This document shows, in pieces, positions 1 to 7,975 of a stretch of DNA of 32,000 bases. The DNA is from an uncultured Balneolaceae bacterium (GTDB lineage Bacteria > Bacteroidota > Rhodothermia > Balneolales > Balneolaceae): positions 82,530-114,529 of the forward strand of contig CAZGSL010000001.1 in assembly GCA_964528445.1 (NCBI GenBank), written 5' to 3'. The notes below the pieces were generated by a model. It searched no databases, was not told the origin of the DNA, and worked only from the letters and a program-made list of their open reading frames with translations. The position numbers were made by a program, and so were the translations under genes. How positions within the stretch are numbered: position 1 is the stretch's first letter; every line of letters begins with the position of its first letter.

Positions 1-1
1 C

Positions 2-304
2 AAGAACCTGAATCCCGACGACCTGGTGGGAGGCACCATTACCCTTACCAATTACGGGAGCGTGGGCAACCTGATGGGAACGCCCATCATCAACCAGCCC
101 CAGGTCGCCATCATGGGTACGGGCGTTATCGAAAAACGGCCCGTTGTGATGGAAACCGACGCGGGCGATGTCATCGCCATCCGGCACATGATGTACCTCT
201 CCATGAGCTACGACCACCGGATTATCGACGGCGCGCACGGCGGCGCCTTTCTCAACCGTGTTAAGGAGCTGCTCGAGGGATTCGACCCGGACCGCGCGGT
301 ATGA
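2..304 (+). CDS. 2-oxoacid dehydrogenase complex E2 (dihydrolipoamide acyltransferase), C-terminal catalytic fragment; 5' end lies outside the window
   Basis: The frame is open from the window edge. The translation GGTITLTNYGSVG...PIINQPQVAIMG...LSMSYDHRIIDGAHGGAFL matches the conserved E2 catalytic core, including the DHRxxDG active-site motif. This fragment does not show which 2-oxoacid complex it belongs to. Confidence 0.85.
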   Translation, partial: KNLNPDDLVGGTITLTNYGSVGNLMGTPIINQPQVAIMGTGVIEKRPVVMETDAGDVIAIRHMMYLSMSYDHRIIDGAHGGAFLNRVKELLEGFDPDRAV

Positions 305-380
305 CCGTGCCGGCGGTTCCGGAGAGAGTCGCCTGATCGATATGCGCGCGTTCCACCAAATTTTCCTTCTTACCGTGAGA

Positions 381-408
381 CGGCATGATCCTTTGTGCCG
401 CTTTTTTT
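381..408 (+). terminator. possible weak intrinsic terminator downstream of the E2 gene
   Basis: CGGCA (381-385) pairs with TGCCG (396-400), with a 10-nt loop followed by a run of 7 T (402-408). The stem is only 5 bp, so any termination would be weak. Its position argues against the upstream panC start at 395. Confidence 0.35.
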
Positions 409-418
409 ATGCCACGTC

Positions 419-1273
419 ATGGAACTTCACCAAACCATAGAAGAGATTCGAGAGCAGGTTTCCCGGTACCGGGACAAGGGGCTCCGGGTGGGATTCGTCC
501 CCACCATGGGGGCCCTGCACGAGGGACACCTCTCCCTGTTCCGCCTGGCGGCGGAGAAGACCGACCGTGTGGTTGCCTCGGTCTATGTAAACCCGGAGCA
601 GTTTGCCCCCGGCGAGGATTACGAGACCTACCCGAGGGACCTGGAAGGGGATATGGAGAAGGCCGCCGAGAACGGCGTGGATACCGTTTTCGCGCCGGAC
701 GACGAAGTGATGTACGGCGATCGGAATTACCTCAGCATCGAGATCGAGGAGCTGAACCGCTACATGGACGGCGGCTCCCGTCCCGGCTTTTTCGAAGGCA
801 TCCTGCTGGTGGTCAACAAGCTGTTCAATATCGTGCAGCCTGACCTGGCGGTGTTCGGGCAGAAGGACCTCCAGCAGTTCCGGATACTCCAGCAGATGGT
901 CCGCGAGTTCAACCATCCGGTGGAGCTGGTCATGGGGCCCATCATCCGGGCCGGCGACGGACTGGCGCTCAGCAGCCGGAATGCCTACCTGGACGACCGC
1001 CAGCGGGCGCTCGCCCCCTCCCTGTACCGCTCCCTGACGTATATCGCCGGACAGATAAGGGATGGCGTGAGGAAACCCCGCCTGCTGATCGAGCACCAGA
1101 AATCGGAACTGGAGGCGAAAGGGTTTGAAATTGATTATCTTAACCTGTTTGATTTTGCGAAGATGCGACCCGTGGAGGAGGCGGAAAGAGGCCAGAAATA
1201 CATCCTGGCCGGCGCCGTTTACCTGGGGGAGACCCGTTTGATCGACAACATGATTCTGGAAATTGATTCCTGA
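419..1273 (+). CDS. panC: pantoate--beta-alanine ligase (pantothenate synthetase)
   Basis: The translation has the PanC hallmarks VGFVPTMGALHEGHLSL (HxGH nucleotidyltransferase motif), FGQKDLQQ and ALSSRN. The ORF track starts at 395, but the ATG at 419 (MELHQTIEEIR...) gives the typical N-terminus and avoids the hairpin and T-run. Confidence 0.93.
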   Translation: MELHQTIEEIREQVSRYRDKGLRVGFVPTMGALHEGHLSLFRLAAEKTDRVVASVYVNPEQFAPGEDYETYPRDLEGDMEKAAENGVDTVFAPDDEVMYGDRNYLSIEIEELNRYMDGGSRPGFFEGILLVVNKLFNIVQPDLAVFGQKDLQQFRILQQMVREFNHPVELVMGPIIRAGDGLALSSRNAYLDDRQRALAPSLYRSLTYIAGQIRDGVRKPRLLIEHQKSELEAKGFEIDYLNLFDFAKMRPVEEAERGQKYILAGAVYLGETRLIDNMILEIDS

Positions 1274-1279
1274 TGCCGT

Positions 1280-1714
1280 ATGAAACTTTCCATGTTTAAA
1301 TCCAAGCTGCACCAGCTCAGGGTGACCGAGGCCAATCTCCACTACGAGGGAAGCATCACCCTCGACAGCGAGTTGCTGGAGGAGGCCGGAATTCTCCCCT
1401 ACGAAAAGGTGCAGGTGCTGAACATCACCAACGGTTCCCGACTGGAGACCTACACCATTCCGGGCGAAGCCGGCTCCCGGGTCTGCTGCCTGAACGGTGC
1501 GGCGGCGCGCCTGACCCAGGTGGGAGACCGCATTATCGTGATCGCCTACGCGGAGATGACGCCGGAGGAAGCGCGGCAGCACAAGCCGCGGGTCGTGGTG
1601 GTCGACGAGAACAACGATCCGAAGCGGGTGGTTGACGAGAGCGAATACGCCACGAAATACGATCTGGAGACCGGCCTGGTGGATAATTCGATGCTGGGAG
1701 AAACCGATGTTTAA
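1280..1714 (+). CDS. panD: aspartate 1-decarboxylase (pyruvoyl-dependent), with a C-terminal extension of about 25 aa
   Basis: [25 protein letters not shown] carries the conserved G-S self-cleavage site within YEGSITLD. It is adjacent to panC with a 6-nt gap. Confidence 0.93.
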   Translation: MKLSMFKSKLHQLRVTEANLHYEGSITLDSELLEEAGILPYEKVQVLNITNGSRLETYTIPGEAGSRVCCLNGAAARLTQVGDRIIVIAYAEMTPEEARQHKPRVVVVDENNDPKRVVDESEYATKYDLETGLVDNSMLGETDV

Positions 1715-1924
1715 GAGCAGGTAATTTCTGTAATTATTTGTTAGGCTGGCATCTCGCTACGCAAAATGTTACAGCAATTGTAAAACTTTATAAGACAGCG
1801 TATCGTCGCGAAACAGAGAGCTTTACCTTACGTTTAGTTGCTACCCGGTACTGTTACGGAGACAATATAAAATTATCTTGATAGTTAAGCTTATAGTTTA
1901 ACGTCTCAAAAAAGTTCTGTCGTT

Positions 1925-3466
1925 ATGTCGAAAAAATACATCATACCCGGCGCGCTGGTTGCGTTGATTCTGGTAGCCTGGCTGGCTTTCGGGTCCGACT
2001 CTTCGGAAGAGAATACCATTTACGCCACTCCTCAGACCGGTCAGTTTGAAGTGACCATCTCCACGACCGGTGAGCTGCAGGCCAAAAATTCCACGAGCAT
2101 CCGCGGCCCGGAGGGAATGAGGGAGTACCGCATCTACAATGTCACCATACAGGATATTGTTCCCGAGGGTACGGTGGTTGAGCAGGGAGATTACGTGGCC
2201 GAACTTGACCGCTCGCAGGCCATGACCACCCTGCAGGATGCGGAATTGTCGCTGGAGGAGGAGCTGGCTGCCCTGGAAATCGCGCAGCTCGACAGCTCCC
2301 GCACCCTCTCCGACGCCCGCGATAATATTACGGATTTGGAGTACCAGCTGGAGGAAGCCCAGATTGCCCTGGAACAGTCGAAGTATGAGTCTCCCGCCGT
2401 GCAGCGCGAGGCGGAGATCAACCTGGACCGGGCCAAGCGTAACCTGGCGCAGGCGCAGCGGAATTTTGAACTCACGAAGAAGCAGGCCGAGGCCGAAATC
2501 AAGGAGATCCAGGCCGACGTCCAGGAGGAGCGGCAGGACGTCCAGCGCATCAAGGAGATCATGGACAACTTCACCATCTACGCCCCGGAGAACGGAATGG
2601 TGATCTACCGCCGGAACCGGGACGGCAGCAAGGTCCGCGAGGGCAGCGAATTGAGCGGCTGGGATCCCGTGGTGGCCGAGTTGCCGGACTTCAGCCAGAT
2701 GGAGTCTATTACGTATGTCAACGAAGTGGATATACAGAACGTCCGGCCCGGACAGCAGGTGGAGATCGGCCTGGACGCCATGCCGGAGAAGAGCCTGACC
2801 GGGGAGGTCAGCAGCGTGGCCAACATCGGCGAGCAGCGGCCCAACTCCAACTCGAAGGTATTCCAGGTGGTTATTGATATCCACCAGTCCGACTCCACGC
2901 TGCGTCCGGCGATGACCACCAGCAACCGGATACGGGTCAGTTCCGTAGACAGCGCGCTGTATGTGCCCCTCGAGACGGTCCATACCGACGACACCCTCAA
3001 TTACGTCTACAAGCGGAACGGACTTGAGACGGTCCGGCAGCAGGTGATCATGGGAATGATGAACGAGAACAATGTGGTAATTCACGCCGGCGTACAGCCC
3101 GACGACCGTCTCTATCTCTCCACCCCCGACGACACAGCCGGCATTCCCACCGAGCGGCTTCCCGACGACGTGCTGGAGGAGTACCGCGAGCAGATGGAAG
3201 AACAGGAGACGCTGGAGCCGCCCGTACAGGAGCAGGAACTCACGGGCGATCTGGATCAGATGCTCCAGCAGATGCCGGCCCAGATGAGGGACCGCATGGA
3301 GCAGATGCTGGAGAGCGGGCAGATCGATACCGCCGCCATACTGGACCGCATGAAACAGATGCAGCAGGGTGACATGCCGCAGATGCAACGCGGAAGTCAG
3401 CCGCCGGGAGGCGACGGTGACGGTCCCCCCTCCGGCGGAGGCAACCGGGACGGCGGAAACCGGTAG
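1925..3466 (+). CDS. HlyD/MacA-type periplasmic efflux adaptor (membrane fusion protein) with a Met/Gln-rich and Gly-rich C-terminal tail
   Basis: It has an N-terminal TM anchor (IIPGALVALILVAWLAF). A long coiled-coil hairpin follows (LQDAELSLEEELAALEIAQLD...LDRAKRNLAQAQRNFELTKKQAEAEIKEIQ), then beta-barrel motifs (FTIYAPENGMVIY, PGQQVEIGLDAMP...LTGEVSSV). It is the first gene of an adaptor-permease-TolC operon. Confidence 0.85.
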   Translation: MSKKYIIPGALVALILVAWLAFGSDSSEENTIYATPQTGQFEVTISTTGELQAKNSTSIRGPEGMREYRIYNVTIQDIVPEGTVVEQGDYVAELDRSQAMTTLQDAELSLEEELAALEIAQLDSSRTLSDARDNITDLEYQLEEAQIALEQSKYESPAVQREAEINLDRAKRNLAQAQRNFELTKKQAEAEIKEIQADVQEERQDVQRIKEIMDNFTIYAPENGMVIYRRNRDGSKVREGSELSGWDPVVAELPDFSQMESITYVNEVDIQNVRPGQQVEIGLDAMPEKSLTGEVSSVANIGEQRPNSNSKVFQVVIDIHQSDSTLRPAMTTSNRIRVSSVDSALYVPLETVHTDDTLNYVYKRNGLETVRQQVIMGMMNENNVVIHAGVQPDDRLYLSTPDDTAGIPTERLPDDVLEEYREQMEEQETLEPPVQEQELTGDLDQMLQQMPAQMRDRMEQMLESGQIDTAAILDRMKQMQQGDMPQMQRGSQPPGGDGDGPPSGGGNRDGGNR

Positions 3467-3510
3467 CACACTCCTCTCCACTACACATTTCAACCTGAAG
3501 AGAGACCACG

Positions 3511-4920
3511 TTGTTACAGAAGATACTTTACAACTTTGACATTGCTCTGGATGCCATTCGCCAGAATACCATGCGGAGCTTCCTGACCTCCCTGGGCATT
3601 ATTTTCGGGGTGGCCTCCGTAATCGCCATGCTGGCCATCGGGCGGGGTGCGCAGGAAGAGGTGCTGCAGCAGATGCAGCTGCTGGGTACCGACAACGTGA
3701 TCATCGAGACGGTCATGGAGCAGACCGAGGGAGAAGTGGAGGACGGAAGTACATCATCTGGCGAAAGCCAGCGGCGGTTTTCGCCGGGGCTGACTCTGGA
3801 GGATATGGAGAGTATCCAGAACGAAATTCCCCAGGTAAGCAACGTCACTCCCGAGATTATCTACGATACCTACTTTGTGCGTAACGGCCGCATGCGCACC
3901 GGCAAGCTGGTAGGGGTCAATAACCAGTATTTTGATATTAACAATTTTGAATTTGAGGAGGGCCGGCCGTTTACCGATCTGCAGATGCGCGAATCGGAGC
4001 CGGTCTGTGTCATCGGGTCCGACGTAAAGACCCGCTTTTTCGCCGGACAGGATCCCATCGGGAAGCAGATCAAGACCGGGGGACTCTGGATGACGGTTGT
4101 GGGAGTACTCGAGGAGCGGGAGATGAGCACGGAGAATATCGAGAACCTGGGCATCCGGAACTACAACCTGGACATCTACGCTCCGGCCACCTCCGTGCTG
4201 CTTCGGTACGGTAACAGGGCGGTGGTTACCCAGCAGGATATACAGGACGGGCAGTCGGAAGAGAACGGCGGCGGTCAGGTGGTTCAATTCGGCGGCGGCG
4301 GCAGCATTATGATTTCCGGCGGCGGCAACGTGGAATCGAGTTCTTCTTCCGACGACGAAATGAGCAACTATCACCAGCTTGACAAGCTTATCGTACAGGT
4401 AACGGATAACGCCTACAGCGTTCCCATCGCGGATATTCTACGGCGTATGCTGCAGCGGCGCCACAACGGGATCATCGACTTTGAGGTGATTGTCCCCGAG
4501 CTGCTGCTCCAGCAGGAACGGCGGACCCAGGAGATTTTCAATATCGTACTCTCCTCCATCGCGTCCATTGCCCTGATCGTGGGCGGTATCGGCATCATGA
4601 ACATCATGCTGGCGTCGGTGGTGGAACGTTACCGGGAGATCGGCGTTCGACGTGCGGTGGGAGCCCATAAAAAGGACATACAGCTCCAGTTCCTGACCGA
4701 GGCCCTCACCATCAGCATCAGCGGCGGCATGGTGGGTATTTTCCTGGGCATCGCGCTCAGTTACGTCATCGAGATTACGGCGGGCATCGTTACCATCGTG
4801 ACACTTTCATCCATTCTCATATCATTCGGGGTGGCCCTGGCCGTCGGAGTGATCTTCGGGTACGTACCCGCCCGCCGGGCCGCAGAACAGGATCCAGTAA
4901 ACGCTCTACGTCATGAATAA
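3511..4920 (+). CDS. MacB/FtsX-family ABC transporter permease (permease only, no fused ATPase domain); TTG start
   Basis: The N-terminus ALDAIRQNTMRSFLTSLGIIFGVASVIAMLAIG is the typical MacB_PCD/FtsX TM1. The C-terminal FtsX domain has IGIMNIMLASVVERYREIGVRRAVGAHKKDI plus 3 TM segments. There is no in-frame ATG upstream of the conserved N-terminus, so the TTG at 3511 is the likely start. Confidence 0.85.
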   Translation: MLQKILYNFDIALDAIRQNTMRSFLTSLGIIFGVASVIAMLAIGRGAQEEVLQQMQLLGTDNVIIETVMEQTEGEVEDGSTSSGESQRRFSPGLTLEDMESIQNEIPQVSNVTPEIIYDTYFVRNGRMRTGKLVGVNNQYFDINNFEFEEGRPFTDLQMRESEPVCVIGSDVKTRFFAGQDPIGKQIKTGGLWMTVVGVLEEREMSTENIENLGIRNYNLDIYAPATSVLLRYGNRAVVTQQDIQDGQSEENGGGQVVQFGGGGSIMISGGGNVESSSSSDDEMSNYHQLDKLIVQVTDNAYSVPIADILRRMLQRRHNGIIDFEVIVPELLLQQERRTQEIFNIVLSSIASIALIVGGIGIMNIMLASVVERYREIGVRRAVGAHKKDIQLQFLTEALTISISGGMVGIFLGIALSYVIEITAGIVTIVTLSSILISFGVALAVGVIFGYVPARRAAEQDPVNALRHE

Positions 4921-6403
4921 ACCAGTTACCTTACTCTTTCTCATTTTAATCACCGGTCTGGTCGGGGCGCATGCGGCCCACGCCCAGCAGGCGCAGGTTC
5001 AGGATCTGGGAACGCTCTCCCTGCAGGAGGCCATCGAAATTGCCCAGGAACAGAGTCCGCAGGCCCGGTCGGCGCGTTTCGGACTGATTGCCAGCCAGTG
5101 GCAGTACCGCTCCTATCGTGCCGACCTGCTGCCCAGCCTCTCGCTTTCAGGGGACGCGCCGAATTTCTCGCGCAGCATTATTTCCAACACCCTGGATGAC
5201 GGGACCGTTATCTTTCAGTCCCAGGTGCAGTCCCAGGCCTCGACGGAACTCTCCATTCAGCAGAATATTCCGTGGACCGGCGGTTCGCTCTTTGTCCAGT
5301 CGGGGCTGGAGCGGCTGGGAGTTTTCGGAGGTGAGAACTCCTATCTCTGGTCAAGCACGCCCCTGCTGGCCCGCTACTCCCAGCCCCTGTTCCAGTACAA
5401 CAGCCTGAAGTGGCAGCAGCGCATTCAGCCCCTTGAATACGAGATTGCCCGGAAGGAGTACGATCAGCAGATGGAGGCCATCGCCGAGCAGACTACCAAC
5501 AACTTTTTCCAGGTCTACCTGAGCCGTATCAACCTGGAGATCGCCGAATTCAACGTTCAGCGCAACGACTCCACCTACCAGATTTCGCAGGGCCGCTACG
5601 AGGTGGGAAGCATTACCGAGAACGAGCTGCTGCAGACCGAACTGCAGCTCAGCAACTCCCAGAGCGAGCTGACCAGCGCCCAGATCGAATACGAGCGGGC
5701 ATTGGACCAGTTCAAGATCTTCCTGGGATACCCGACCGACGTAACGGTGGATGAGCTGGAGCCCCCCACCGAGCTGCCGGATATCGAGGTGGATCTGCAG
5801 CGAGCCGTTGAGCTGGCTATGGAAAACAACAGCGAAGCGCTGGATTACCAGCTGGAGGAGCTCCAGGCGGATGCCAACTTTGCGCAGGCCAAAAGCCAGA
5901 GCAATTTCCAGTTTACCATCAACGCCACCTACGGCATTAACCAGACTGCCGCCGATTTCCAGGATCTCTATGTGAATCCCCAGGACCGGCAGTCGGTAAA
6001 CGTCAGTTTCCAGGTGCCTCTCTTCAACTGGGGCAAGGAGCGGGCAGAGGTTAACATGGCCCGCAACCAGCAGCAGCAGGTGCAGAGTGATATCCAGTTC
6101 CAGCGCCGGCAGTTTTTACAGGACGTGGAATACACCGTCCGGCAATTCTTGCAGCTGGAGGGACAGGTGCAGCGGGCCGCGCGTTCGGATACCATCGCCC
6201 AGCGCCGCTACGACGTGGCCCAGAATCACTACCTGATAGGGAATATCAGCATTACGGACCTCTTCATTGCGCAGAGCGAGCGGGATTCTGCGCGGAGGGC
6301 CTACATCAGCGCACTTCAGGATTTCTGGACCGGCCTCTACAACCTGCGGCGTCTTACCCTTTACGACTTCCGGCGCAACGAGCCCATCTCCCACGAGCTT
6401 TGA
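4913..6403 (+). CDS. TolC-family outer-membrane efflux protein
   Basis: It has a signal peptide (LLFLILITGLVGAHAAHAQQ) and the two-repeat OEP architecture with coiled-coil segments. Its start overlaps the permease stop by 8 nt (ATGAATAA), which implies translational coupling. Confidence 0.85.
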   Translation: MNKPVTLLFLILITGLVGAHAAHAQQAQVQDLGTLSLQEAIEIAQEQSPQARSARFGLIASQWQYRSYRADLLPSLSLSGDAPNFSRSIISNTLDDGTVIFQSQVQSQASTELSIQQNIPWTGGSLFVQSGLERLGVFGGENSYLWSSTPLLARYSQPLFQYNSLKWQQRIQPLEYEIARKEYDQQMEAIAEQTTNNFFQVYLSRINLEIAEFNVQRNDSTYQISQGRYEVGSITENELLQTELQLSNSQSELTSAQIEYERALDQFKIFLGYPTDVTVDELEPPTELPDIEVDLQRAVELAMENNSEALDYQLEELQADANFAQAKSQSNFQFTINATYGINQTAADFQDLYVNPQDRQSVNVSFQVPLFNWGKERAEVNMARNQQQQVQSDIQFQRRQFLQDVEYTVRQFLQLEGQVQRAARSDTIAQRRYDVAQNHYLIGNISITDLFIAQSERDSARRAYISALQDFWTGLYNLRRLTLYDFRRNEPISHEL

Positions 6404-6428
6404 CCTTGCGTTCTTAATTCAGGCGGCT

Positions 6429-6496
6429 GGGAGGGGGATAAGCCTGTGGGATACTTAAAAAGTACTTTTTTGATCCCACAGGCTTATCCCCCTCCC
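6429..6496. repeat. perfect 24-bp inverted repeat (long hairpin), 26 nt after the TolC stop; probable terminator and/or miniature palindromic element
   Basis: The left arm GGGAGGGGGATAAGCCTGTGGGAT (6429-6452) is the exact reverse complement of ATCCCACAGGCTTATCCCCCTCCC (6473-6496). The 20-nt loop contains a T6 run (6466-6471). No U-tract follows the stem. Confidence 0.9.
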
Positions 6497-6566
6497 TATA
6501 CTTGCGATTCAGGCGAAAGCTCCTAACTTTACGCGAAACGAAAACCGCGGGAAGAAGGGATGGATT

Positions 6567-7961
6567 ATGGACGAACAGGACAAGGACGGGAAATTGAAAT
6601 CCTCCGGCATGTCACGCAGGGATTTTCTGGGTACCTCCGCGCTTGCCGGAGCGGGATTCATGGTGGTTCCGCGACGCGTTCTGGGAGGAAGCGGGTATCG
6701 GGCTCCCAGCGATACGCTCAACATCGCCTCGGTCGGGGTGGGGGGAATGGGCGCGAACAACACCCAGGCCCTCTCCGATCTGGGAGAGAATATCTACGCG
6801 CTGTGTGACGTGGACGAAGAGTACGCCGCCGAAACGCTCTACAACTACCCGAAAGCCAAGAAGTATGTGGATTTCCGGGAGATGCTGGAGCAGGAGCCCG
6901 AAATTGACGCGGTGGTGGTAGCCACCCCCGATCACTCCCATGCTGCGATCGCCATCCAGGCCATGCAGGAGGGCAAACATGTCTTTGTGCAGAAGCCGCT
7001 GGCCCGCACCCTTTACGAAGCGCGGCGCATGAGGGAAGTGGCGGAGGAGACCGGCGTGGTGACCCAGATGGGAAACCAGGGTCACTGCTACGACGGCACA
7101 CGGAAGCTCGTAAACTGGATCCGCCAGGGAGCCATCGGTGAAGTCCGGAAAGTGGACTGCTGGACCAACCGCCCCACCGGTTTCTGGCCGCAGGGCGGGA
7201 CGGTGAGCCGCCCCGACGAAATTCCGGTTGTTCCCTATACCATGCACTGGGATCTCTGGATTGGACCCGCCTCCTACCGCCCCTACCATCCCGATTACGC
7301 GCCGTTTGCCTGGAGGGGACGCTGGGACTTCGGGAGCGGCGCGCTGGGTGACATGGGCGCCCATATCATGGACCAGCCCTTCTGGGCCCTGGAGCTTGGG
7401 AATCCCGATACGGTGCATGCCAGTCCCACACCTTTCAACGACGAGGCCTTCCCGGTGGGCTCAACCGTCTACTACCGCTTCCCGGAAAGGAACGGACGGC
7501 CGGCGGTGGACCTGACCTGGCACGACGGGGGCATCAAGCCGCCCCGTCCGGCAGAACTGCCTGACGAGGAGTCCCTCGGTTCCTGGGGCGGCGGCATGCT
7601 GTTTCACGGTTCGGAGGGAATGCTGCAGGCGGACGTGTACGGGAACAATCCCCGTTTCATACCCTCCTCGCTGGGAGACGAAGTGGGAGAGCCTGAGATG
7701 GAGATTCCCCTCTCGCCGGGCATTCACGAGGAGTTTGTCAACGCCTGCAAGGGAGAGGGGGAGGCCAGCTCCCACTTCGACTACGCGGCGCGGCTGACGG
7801 AGACGATGATGCTGGGCAATGTCGCCATCCAGTTCAGCGAACAGCCGATGAAACTCCGGTGGGATTCGGAAAACCTGAGGGTTCCCAACCTGGAGGAGGC
7901 CAACGAGTGGCTGGACGAGCGGAACAATTTTCGTCCCGGATGGAGGGAGCTGATCGGCTAG
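6567..7961 (+). CDS. Gfo/Idh/MocA-family NAD(P)-dependent oxidoreductase with a twin-arginine (Tat) signal
   Basis: The Tat motif is SRRDFLGTSALAGAG. A Rossmann motif (IASVGVGGMGANN) and the conserved ATPDHSHA...EGKHVFVQKPLA block follow. The start could instead be the internal Met at 6609. Confidence 0.85.
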   Translation: MDEQDKDGKLKSSGMSRRDFLGTSALAGAGFMVVPRRVLGGSGYRAPSDTLNIASVGVGGMGANNTQALSDLGENIYALCDVDEEYAAETLYNYPKAKKYVDFREMLEQEPEIDAVVVATPDHSHAAIAIQAMQEGKHVFVQKPLARTLYEARRMREVAEETGVVTQMGNQGHCYDGTRKLVNWIRQGAIGEVRKVDCWTNRPTGFWPQGGTVSRPDEIPVVPYTMHWDLWIGPASYRPYHPDYAPFAWRGRWDFGSGALGDMGAHIMDQPFWALELGNPDTVHASPTPFNDEAFPVGSTVYYRFPERNGRPAVDLTWHDGGIKPPRPAELPDEESLGSWGGGMLFHGSEGMLQADVYGNNPRFIPSSLGDEVGEPEMEIPLSPGIHEEFVNACKGEGEASSHFDYAARLTETMMLGNVAIQFSEQPMKLRWDSENLRVPNLEEANEWLDERNNFRPGWRELIG

Positions 7962-7975
7962 GTCCGGCGGACGAC

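Noticed and set aside
395-418. Upstream ATG for panC
   Set aside because: It would place the start inside the hairpin and T-run (381-408). The 8 added residues (MPLFLCHV) are not part of conserved PanC.
407-1582. 391-aa ORF on the minus strand, antisense to panC/panD
   Set aside because: It mirrors two strongly supported genes. Its composition is rich in R, G, L, H, V and Q, and I recognise no motifs. Such stop-poor antisense frames are typical of GC-rich DNA.
1746-1762. TGGCAT-containing sequence as a second sigma-54 promoter upstream of the efflux operon
   Set aside because: The sequence is TGGCATCTCGCTACGC. There is no TTGC -12 element at the required spacing.
1898-3493. 531-aa minus-strand ORF antisense to the HlyD-type adaptor gene
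   Set aside because: Same artefact. The plus-strand product has clear adaptor architecture, while the antisense product is low-complexity L/R/G/H-rich.
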